From the NCBI GenBank assembly GCA_963662435.1, contig OY759598.1, positions 372,001 through 436,000 on the forward strand: 64,000 nt of DNA. The letters run 5' to 3'. The stretch's first letter is position 1; every line of letters begins with the position of its first letter. Of this stretch, positions 20,465-28,529 are shown one piece after another. The stretch comes from Dehalococcoidia bacterium. Its GTDB lineage: Bacteria > Chloroflexota > Dehalococcoidia > Lucifugimonadales > VXLM01. The notes under the pieces are model-generated. The model ran no database searches and had not been told where the DNA came from. It worked only from the letters and a program-made list of their open reading frames with translations. The translations under genes and the position numbers were made by a program.

Positions 20465-20629
20465 TCAGGTGCCTCCTTGCAGCAAGTCTAGGACTCTCTG
20501 GACGGAAAGCACCCGCATACAGGCCGCAAGGAGGCGCGGAGCCAGACTTGCATACCCATATGCGATTGTGGTGCCCGTCCAGAGGCTGTGGAACCGTATA
20601 GGACACCTGTATTATTGTCAAGGAGACTA

Positions 20630-20974
20630 TCATTTGTCTTTGCTCTTATCGACGTGTTCCTCTACGTCGAGTTTCAGAAGTAGACTCTTGGCACTATTAA
20701 GGGCCGTCTCATACTCAAGCTGCTCAACCTTCTCTTTCATCTTCCTATTGGGAACCACCTTGCCACGAACACGAAGTAGATACTTTCGCCACCATCCCCA
20801 AGTAGCTATGAGAACGCCGCCGAACACGCCAATAAGCCATAGGTGAGACGTTAGCTCCATAACGTTGACCCATGCAACCCACGACTTAGAGTCGTCGAAG
20901 AACCCCGGCAACCCATGCACAAAGCTGGCAATCGCAATAATTGCCCCGCCGATCCCTGTCTTCCAGTTCTGCAT
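20630..20974 (-). CDS. IS passenger: small two-TM membrane protein
   Basis: Two hydrophobic segments then a charged helix; ATG 7 nt after a TAGAAT -10. Confidence 0.6.
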   Translation of the reverse strand: MQNWKTGIGGAIIAIASFVHGLPGFFDDSKSWVAWVNVMELTSHLWLIGVFGGVLIATWGWWRKYLLRVRGKVVPNRKMKEKVEQLEYETALNSAKSLLLKLDVEEHVDKSKDK

Positions 20975-22105
20975 CCGCGCATTCTAACGGCCTCCAATTC
21001 GTGCGTCAAGTAGATAATCACCAATGTAACCTTGGCGTCGGTGGGGAATTACAGCGTGAGCATAGCGTCGGCCGGGAGTTCCGGACCGGGCAGCACCCTG
21101 ACAGGGGGCGGTCTGAATGAACCGGCTGGGCTGACCACGGGGATTGACAACGACTTCAATGCACCCGGCGACGGCATCGATCTCGCCGCCAACACGACGT
21201 ACTACATCTTCATAGACCTGTCCGCGCAAAACTCCAACGTGTTTTGGAAGTCAACGGCATCAAACGATGAGAATGCTAACCCAGCGGCGGGCTGGAGCGT
21301 CGGGGACGCGTCCTATAGTCGAATGGTCGGAAGCACCGGCGGATGGACCAAATTGGACAACAACAAAATGAAGATCAAAGTCTTCGGCTATGCGAAGACG
21401 GAACCGGCCTTAACGGGCGCGCAGATTAACGGCGCCTCACTGGCCCTCAACTTCGACAGGGACCTGGACACCAGTTCGGTCCCGGCTGCCGGTCGGTTCA
21501 CGATCGCGGCCGTCGGGAATACGCACACGGCCACCGCGATTACGATTAGCGGAACGCAGGTCAGGCTCACAGTGCCGGCCGTGAAGGCGGGCCAGTTTGT
21601 GACCGTGTCCTACAGCAAACCGGGCAGCAATCCTCTCAAGGGCGTCAACGGCGTGGCCGTGGCCGCGTTCAGCGGTAAGGTCGTGACCAACAATACGCCG
21701 CCGCCGCCGCCGAAGTCGCCGTCGGACCAGGCGCCTACGACGATCCGTCCTCCAATCACCTATACGGAGAACGGAGAGACAAGAGAGGTTGGGGTGTTTT
21801 CGGCCGATCGTGACACTCTCTACAACTACTTCGTCTCCGAGTGCACCCACCTGAAGTCGGTAACGAGCGACCGCGACTACTCGCAATTTTGGGAGATCAA
21901 CGGGCGCAGAATCAGGACACAGGCGAGGAATGGCTGGAAATGGGTATGGGTACAGAATGCAAACGGTGACGTCGTGGGCTCCAGGCCGATGACGGTGTCT
22001 GAGTGCGCCAGCTTGAAACTGTACCAGAGACAGGCGTTTTGTGCTAAATACGCTGACAGGCAGGGTTCCAATGAGCAGAAGTTATGCCCAACGAATCGGA
22101 ACTGG

Positions 22106-22555
22106 TGACTGCAAAGCGGGCGTCGGTCATCGTCAGGGGGCTGTGTAGCACGCCCTGGAGAACATCATCGAGGCCGAGGCTCTCGTTGACGCGGAGGCTG
22201 GCGTCGCGCAGGCGGGACAGCCGGTCCCGCAGCGTCGCTATCTGCCGGTCACGACCGTCCGAGTCCTTGAAGTTTCCTCCTCGCTGATCGTTGGATCGGC
22301 CCCCGAGGCCAGGCAGAGCCAAATTTACCCATTCCGCCGAGTATTTTAGCGCCATAAAAGCAAAATTACCTGTTCTTTGACCCATGTCTAATCTACGTGT
22401 TGCTACACTGTGATGGTGGGAAGTTGTCTATTCGACGAGTGACATTCCGAACTCTTTAGCGGGGATCTCTACAACGTTGGTCATCCCATAAGACTGGAGA
22501 GGCCCCGAAGGACCAACAACCCTCTCCCGGAGACGTGCATGACCAAGGTCAAAGG
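22106..22555. repeat. Direct repeat copy B, containing a truncated kinase 5' remnant (22106-22271, minus strand)
   Basis: RDRQIATLRDRLSRL.DASLRVNESL matches the kinase N-terminus; start codon TTG is TTC here. Confidence 0.85.
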
Positions 22556-23291
22556 GCTTAATTGGTTCACCCAGATGGCACTACCCCTCATCGTGTTGTC
22601 CCTTTTCGCCTGTGGGGACAACGGCGATACCCTTGGAGATATGCCAACGACAGAAGGCGGGGATGATTCAAGGCTTGGCTCGCAGGCGGCGACTCCTGTT
22701 GCTGAGATGCAGGGCGGCCCGGTGCTCACGACCGAGGAATACGCGGAAGCCTTGGAGGAGATCTTTGCCCGCGGTGACGATGAGGTCGAAGCTGCGTCCG
22801 CAGACTTTATTCTCAATGGGGTCATTTCTCAAGACGAGGCCGAACGAATTCAATCGCTTGAGACCAGCGAGTCCTGGTCGGACGATGATGTGAAGTTTGC
22901 TGTCCAGTTCGCTGAAACCACGCTGCAGGCTGTCACAGGCTTCTATGACGTTGTCCTCAGAATCTCAATGGGCTATCTGGAAGAAGTGTCAAGCTTGAGG
23001 CCCCTGGAGCACCTATCCGACCTCCACAGCAAATTCATCGCAACAGCCGGGGAAACCCTTCAGTTCTTTCAACTGCAAGTGGAAACCGTCAAGAACGCCA
23101 GCACGGAGATCAAGAACCGGGAAGAGCTTGCCGGGTTCCAGGCCATAGTCAACTCCTTGGAATCCGGTCCGCTTGACCCGGCATTAGAGCAGGAGGCGGA
23201 AGAACTAAGAGCGCGAGGTGATGCGGCATGCCTTGCCCTTAAGAGCCGGCTCGAATCGGAGTTGGAGCGCGATGTCAGCTTTTGCAATTGA
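22539..23291 (+). CDS. Hypothetical alpha-helical lipoprotein
   Basis: Lipobox LFAC; acidic helical body. Confidence 0.75.
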   Translation: MTKVKGLNWFTQMALPLIVLSLFACGDNGDTLGDMPTTEGGDDSRLGSQAATPVAEMQGGPVLTTEEYAEALEEIFARGDDEVEAASADFILNGVISQDEAERIQSLETSESWSDDDVKFAVQFAETTLQAVTGFYDVVLRISMGYLEEVSSLRPLEHLSDLHSKFIATAGETLQFFQLQVETVKNASTEIKNREELAGFQAIVNSLESGPLDPALEQEAEELRARGDAACLALKSRLESELERDVSFCN

Positions 23292-23367
23292 CAGCGGTCA
23301 GGACGCGGACACAACTGAAGCCGAGGAGGCTGCCCCACGGTCTTACTTGATATTGGAGGCACACTAA

Positions 23368-24303
23368 ATGGAGCGGATGATCAGATTGATACCTGCAATT
23401 GTCCTTGTGATGGGGCTTCCTCTGACTCTCTTGGCCTGCGGCGGGGGTGAGTCGTCGGAGTCGTCCGCCGCCGACCAAGCCGCGAGGGAACCCGCTGCGT
23501 CCGAATCTACGTCTACAGAAGAGTCGGAATCCATCACGACGTCCGGCTCGACCTCCGCCGAGACGGATAGGGAAGCCCTGATTGCCCTGTACAACGCCAC
23601 GGACGGAGCAAACTGGACCAACAATGAAAACTGGCTGAGTGGCAATCCACTTGGCGAGTGGTACGGTGTCACTACCGACAGCCTCGGAAGCGTAATAAGC
23701 CTTGATCTTTATCAAAATGGGTTGAGCGGAGAGATTCCGTCCGGGCTGGGCCGACTCACCAACCTGTTCGATCTGAGCCTTGGTGGGAACCAGTTGAGCG
23801 GAGGAATACCGGCCGACCTGGGTCGGCTCTCCAGCCTGGAGATCCTGTATCTCGGCGATAACCAGTTGAGCGGAGAGATCCCGGCTGAGCTGGGCGAACT
23901 CTCCAATCTAAGACAGCTATACTTATTGAAGAACGCGTTGAGCGGAGAGATTCCCGCCGAATTGGGCCAACTCTCGAACCTGCTATGGCTGGACTTCTCC
24001 AACAACCAGTTGAGCGGAGAGATCCCGGCTGAGTTGGGCAATCTCTCCAACCTGGAGGAATTGAGCTTCGCCAGCAACGACCTCAGCGGAGAGATCCCGG
24101 CTGAGATGGGCGAACTCTCCAACCTGATACTTCTGTCACTATGGCAAAACGAGTTGCGCGGGGAGATACCGGACGAACTAGGCAAACTCTCCAACCTGGA
24201 GGACTTGAGACTCGCCGGAAACAACCTTAGCGGCTGCGTGCCAGCCGCGCTACGCGATCTGGACGATAGCGACCTCGTCTCGTTGGAGCTGCCGTTCTGC
24301 TGA
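23368..24303 (+). CDS. Leucine-rich repeat lipoprotein (plant-RLK-like 24-aa LRRs)
   Basis: LLAC lipobox; DREALIALYNAT...WYGV N-cap; 7-8 LxLxxNxLSGxIPxxLGxLxxL repeats. Confidence 0.92.
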   Translation: MERMIRLIPAIVLVMGLPLTLLACGGGESSESSAADQAAREPAASESTSTEESESITTSGSTSAETDREALIALYNATDGANWTNNENWLSGNPLGEWYGVTTDSLGSVISLDLYQNGLSGEIPSGLGRLTNLFDLSLGGNQLSGGIPADLGRLSSLEILYLGDNQLSGEIPAELGELSNLRQLYLLKNALSGEIPAELGQLSNLLWLDFSNNQLSGEIPAELGNLSNLEELSFASNDLSGEIPAEMGELSNLILLSLWQNELRGEIPDELGKLSNLEDLRLAGNNLSGCVPAALRDLDDSDLVSLELPFC

Positions 24304-24385
24304 TGCTCGCTGGTTTTCAGTCAAATCAAGCGCAGGACGGCACTCTCAAGATCTCGAAGGGGACTCCTATGCGTAGAGGTCCCGA

Positions 24386-25016
24386 TTGGGTATCAACGAC
24401 AATTGGCTGAGCGACAAGCCTCTGAGCGAATGGTACGGCGTCATTACCGACGAACTCGGGCGCGTAACCGAGTTGCGGCTCCAGAACAACCGGGTAGGCG
24501 GAACGATTCCACCTGAAGTGGGACAACTCTCCAATCTGAATCGTCTGCTCCTGCACAAGGGAACTCGGGCATAGCACTGCATATTCCAACCCGGTGAAAG
24601 GACCGATTCCCGTTGAACTGGGTCAACTCGCCAAACTGGAAGAGTTGAATCTCACCGACAACGTGCTGAGCGGAGAGATACCCGCCGAGTTGGGTCAGCT
24701 CTCCAAACTGAAGTTGCTGCTATTCTCTGACAACGTCCTGAGTGGAGCAGTCCCGGCTGAGTTGGGCCAACTCTCCAACCTGACGCGCCTGCACCTGGCC
24801 CGAAACGATCTGAGCGGGAAGATCCCATCTGGACTGGGCCAGCTATCCAACCTCGTGAGCTTGGATCTCGACGACAACGATCTGAGCGGAGCGATACCGG
24901 CTGAACTGGGCCAACTCTCCAACCTGAAGGAGCTACTTCTCTGCGACAACGAGTTGAATGGAGCGATTCCTGCCGACCTGGGTCAAAACTCTCCTGGCCC
25001 ACTTCAGAGCCGTTAG
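24386..25016 (+). pseudogene. Degraded second LRR gene
   Basis: N-cap fragment and LRR array are in different frames; no signal peptide; eroded C-terminus. Confidence 0.8.
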
Positions 25017-25020
25017 AACT

Positions 25021-25635
25021 CTACTCCTTCAGCTCTGCAGGACTGTCATGCCCGGACAGAATCCGCCAACTTACAAGACACAGACAGCCATAGAGAGTCC
25101 CCTCCGCCAGCCGCTGAAGCAGTCCTCGCCATTCAGCGACATCAGGTACCAGCGCAAATGTGTAGAGTGTGATGTAAGTCACGGCTAGGCCTAACCAGCC
25201 CGCTCTCTTTGCCGACCCGAGTCTGCCATTTAGGGACAGAAAGACCAATCCAATTGTCGTCATAATGAGCGTGACCACGGCCAAGAGATTATGGGCATCC
25301 TGGGAAAGACTGCCCGTACTTGGACATCCCAGATCGCACGGTGCCAGGGCTGAGCTAATGTAGGCTATTGGTTCAGCAACAAGCAGCCAGCAGCCGATTC
25401 TGGAGATACCGTTCAACCTTGTACGAGGCGCAACCACCGACAGTAAGAGGAGACCAAGCAAACCCAAGGGGAGAAACCCAAAGTAGCCTATCTGCCAACT
25501 CCAGGCTGATCCCATGGCATTGAGCTCGCTTATGTACTGGCTGACATGGCTATAGTCGGCCTTTAGCGAAGCCCCCCCAAATATCACTATGGGGTAGGAA
25601 AGAGCCAGAGCTACGATGAGCCATCGCACATTCAC
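25021..25635 (-). CDS. DUF998-like membrane protein
   Basis: YSHVSQYISEL.A, PCD.GC, H, GLLQR; multiple TM segments. Confidence 0.8.
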   Translation of the reverse strand: MNVRWLIVALALSYPIVIFGGASLKADYSHVSQYISELNAMGSAWSWQIGYFGFLPLGLLGLLLLSVVAPRTRLNGISRIGCWLLVAEPIAYISSALAPCDLGCPSTGSLSQDAHNLLAVVTLIMTTIGLVFLSLNGRLGSAKRAGWLGLAVTYITLYTFALVPDVAEWRGLLQRLAEGTLYGCLCLVSWRILSGHDSPAELKE

Positions 25636-25920
25636 AGAGAATCCATCGCGAAAAGGCCGTCCATGTGATTTGGTGGCAACATAATGCGCTCCGGAGAGAG
25701 TCTACAATATCGTAGGGCATCCCGCCATGTGCCCTGACCTCTTTACTCTTTGACCGCCAGCATGCGTTATGGGCACGGACGCCCCACGAGACTGACACTT
25801 CGCGTGGTTCAAATATCACTCGCCTATTGCAATGCCATAACTTTGGCATCAGAATGTACGCTAAGAGGGATTGAACCCCATGGATCCTTCTCATAACGCT
25901 ACATTAAGGGAGGTTTAATC

Positions 25921-26601
25921 ATGGGCACAATATCCGTAAACCGGCTGGCAGGACTGTCCCTAATATTCGGCCCGATAATCGCCTTCGTCTTCTTTCTTAT
26001 CGAGCCGGGTGGACTACTGATTGACAGCGCCGAAGTGTCAGACGCTGTTGGCTCCATAATGGCCAAGGGCAGCAACGCCGCGCTGACCAATGTAACCAAC
26101 ATCGGCATAATCCTTGGCCTCGCCCTGATCCTCTCGGGCCTCTATGCGCTGATGCGGAACGTAACCTTGCAGGGCAACGGCAAGGCGTTCGTCCAAATGG
26201 GCTTCTTCATGCTGTTGGTTGGACTGATAGGTTGGATTCTATCCAGCGCGACGGACTTCATTCTGGCCGATGCCCAAACCGGTGAACAGATCGCGGGAAG
26301 CGTTCCCGTCTATTACTCCGGCTCCGCTCTAGTCTACGCCGGAGGGATTACGCTTGGGCTTGGCGGCTTCATATTCGCGTTGGGCCTATCAACGAGAGAC
26401 GACTTCAACCGGATAGTCTCCCTCTTGGCTGCCCTTGTCAGCCTGGCCGTGATGGTCTTCTTCATGATAGCCATATTCAACAACGACGGCCGCGACACCT
26501 TTATCACCCTGGCCCGGAGCTTCTACGTGCTGCTGGTTATCTGGTGGGGTTATCTGGGAGTCGGACTGATGAACCGACCCGATCCCGATCTGTGGCAATA
26601 G
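25921..26601 (+). CDS. Hypothetical multi-pass membrane protein
   Basis: About 6 hydrophobic segments; GGGAGG RBS. Confidence 0.75.
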   Translation: MGTISVNRLAGLSLIFGPIIAFVFFLIEPGGLLIDSAEVSDAVGSIMAKGSNAALTNVTNIGIILGLALILSGLYALMRNVTLQGNGKAFVQMGFFMLLVGLIGWILSSATDFILADAQTGEQIAGSVPVYYSGSALVYAGGITLGLGGFIFALGLSTRDDFNRIVSLLAALVSLAVMVFFMIAIFNNDGRDTFITLARSFYVLLVIWWGYLGVGLMNRPDPDLWQ

Positions 26602-26620
26602 AGAGAGTCTAGAACTTGCC

Positions 26621-26651
26621 GGCCGCCGTCCTCAGGTGGAGGGACGGCGGC
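26621..26651 (+). terminator. Stem-loop after the membrane protein gene
   Basis: GCCGCCGTCC...GGACGGCGGC; no U-tract. Confidence 0.5.
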
Positions 26652-26930
26652 TGCGCACGAGCAGTTGCTAAAGCGAGCCGCCCTTAGAGCGCGCCCTCCA
26701 AGCAAAAAGCACGCAATTTGGTCTTACGAAGTCCAGTTACCTCTAACCGGACCTGTCAGGGGCTCGAACTCATCCGCCAAAGCTTATATCTGAGAATTTC
26801 CGATAGCACCGGCTTCTCATATAGTTACAATGGGCGATTGAGACGCCCTGAAGATGCCGTTGTCCCACAAGGTCGAGTCCGCGACTGCGGAGCCTCCTCC
26901 GACGTACGGGATGCTGAAGACCGTGTGCTC

Positions 26931-27764
26931 TCACGTAGAGGATTCTGAGGCGAAGGCTCTTCGCCTGAATGAGACTACCAGTACGAATATCCCGCTTGCG
27001 ACGAGGGTCATTGCAGGACCGGCGGGCAGATTGAAGTAGTAGGAGACGTAGAGGCCTGTCACTGCGGCCACAGTCCCTGTCACCGCGGCCACCATCATCA
27101 TCGGGACAAAACGTCTGACCAGCAGATACGCCGTGGCAGCAGGCGTAACCAGCATTGCCATGACAAGAACTATGCCCGCCGCCTGAATTCCTATCACGAT
27201 GACGAGAGCAAGCATGGCCAGCAGCAAGTAGTCGACGAAGTGGCTACGCGCACCGACAACCTGCGACCCCACGGGATCGAAGCTCGCAAACAGCAGCCAA
27301 TGGTGAAGGACAAACAGCCCCACGATGACCATCGCGGTTATTCCAAGGGACACATAGACTTCGGTCGGAGATATGGCCAAGATTTCGCCCAAGAGCAGGT
27401 CTTCCATGGCGACGTTGATGGTTGTCACCATGGCCAGCATCATGAGTCCCAGGGCAAACATGGTTGCAAATAGAATGCCTATGGACGTATCCGAGCTGAG
27501 GCCCGCACGCCGGCTCACTACCCTGATCAGCACGGCAACGGAGACGCCGGTCGGGATTGCGGCTATGGCTGGGTTAATGCCAACTATGAACCCAAACACC
27601 ATGCCCGGGAGCACGGCGTGGGCGAGAGCGTCCCCAATAAAGGCGAGGTTCCTGGTGACGACGTACGCGCCAACCAGCGGACACATCACGCCCACAAGCA
27701 CAGAGCCGATCAGGGCTCTCACCATAAAGCCGTACTCGAGTGGGCCGATTAAGAAGTCTATCAC
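26931..27764 (-). CDS. znuB: Zn/Mn ABC transporter permease
   Basis: GDALAHAVLPG, FDP, LVTPAATA motifs. Confidence 0.9.
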   Translation of the reverse strand: MIDFLIGPLEYGFMVRALIGSVLVGVMCPLVGAYVVTRNLAFIGDALAHAVLPGMVFGFIVGINPAIAAIPTGVSVAVLIRVVSRRAGLSSDTSIGILFATMFALGLMMLAMVTTINVAMEDLLLGEILAISPTEVYVSLGITAMVIVGLFVLHHWLLFASFDPVGSQVVGARSHFVDYLLLAMLALVIVIGIQAAGIVLVMAMLVTPAATAYLLVRRFVPMMMVAAVTGTVAAVTGLYVSYYFNLPAGPAMTLVASGIFVLVVSFRRRAFASESST

Positions 27765-27770
27765 CTAGTC

Positions 27771-28529
27771 TTACTGCCGCTCCTCGTCCAGCGTGAGGCC
27801 CAGACCGTGGGCGCCGTACAGCTGCTCCATGACCTCGGTAGTAAACACCTGGTCGGGAGGGCCGCAGGCGCACACGTGGCGGTTCAGACACAATACTTGG
27901 TCGAAGCGACCGGCCAGGTTGGTCAGGTCGTGGGTCGCCAACAGGACAATGCGCCCTTCATCCCGCAGTGTCCGGAGGACTTCGACGAGGCCTTCCTGGG
28001 CGCCGACATCGACCCCGCTGAAGGCCTCGTCCAATAGAATCACACTTGCCTCCTGGGCCAGCGCCCTGGCCACGAACACCTTCTGCCTCTGCCCTCCCGA
28101 AAGCTCCGTCATGAGAGCAGAGCGATGGTCCCACAGGCCCACACGGCCCAGGCACGCGTTGACAAGCTCACGGTCTTTCTTCCCGGGTCGCCGGAACCAT
28201 CCCAGTCTGCAGCACCGGCCCATCATCACGACGTCCATCACGGTAACGGGAAACCGCCAGTTGACGCTCTCCCGCTGAGGCACGTAGGCCAAAGCTCCAC
28301 CCCCCTGGTCCACTCGGTGAAGGGTTACCTTCCCTCGGCGAACCGGAAGGAGGCCGGCAATAGCATTGAATAGAGTGCTCTTGCCGGCTCCGTTCGGTCC
28401 TACAACGCCCATTAGAGTCCCCGCGTCTACGTCGAACGTGACGTTACTCAGGGCCATGTGCCCATCGAGTTCGACGGTCACGTCCTGAAGCGACATGCTG
28501 GCGCTATGCGGGTCTGGGGCGTTTTTCAC
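27771..28529 (-). CDS. znuC: Zn/Mn ABC transporter ATP-binding protein
   Basis: GPNGAGKST, YVPQR, LSGGQRQ, LLDE, THDL. Confidence 0.92.
   Translation of the reverse strand: MKNAPDPHSASMSLQDVTVELDGHMALSNVTFDVDAGTLMGVVGPNGAGKSTLFNAIAGLLPVRRGKVTLHRVDQGGGALAYVPQRESVNWRFPVTVMDVVMMGRCCRLGWFRRPGKKDRELVNACLGRVGLWDHRSALMTELSGGQRQKVFVARALAQEASVILLDEAFSGVDVGAQEGLVEVLRTLRDEGRIVLLATHDLTNLAGRFDQVLCLNRHVCACGPPDQVFTTEVMEQLYGAHGLGLTLDEERQ

Larger units (their letters stand above)
18966..21022 (+). mobile_element. IS1595-family insertion sequence with passenger genes (2057 bp)
   Basis: Perfect 23-bp TIR GGTGATTATCTACTTGACGCACG at 18966-18988 and 21000-21022; 8-bp TSD AATGTAAC at 18958-18965 and 21023-21030. 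Confidence 0.96.
18556..22108 (+). pseudogene. SwmB-like surface protein copy 2, interrupted by an IS1595 element
   Basis: Removing the IS and one TSD restores the frame (SNVT-LASVGNY), giving 495 aa paralogous to copy 1. Confidence 0.9.

Noticed and set aside
16995..22108. Diversity-generating retroelement behind the duplicated C-termini
   Set aside because: No reverse transcriptase in the window, and both copies are coding with few differences.
8980..26700. Integrative element or prophage at the tRNA
   Set aside because: No integrase, phage genes or duplicated tRNA 3' end seen.
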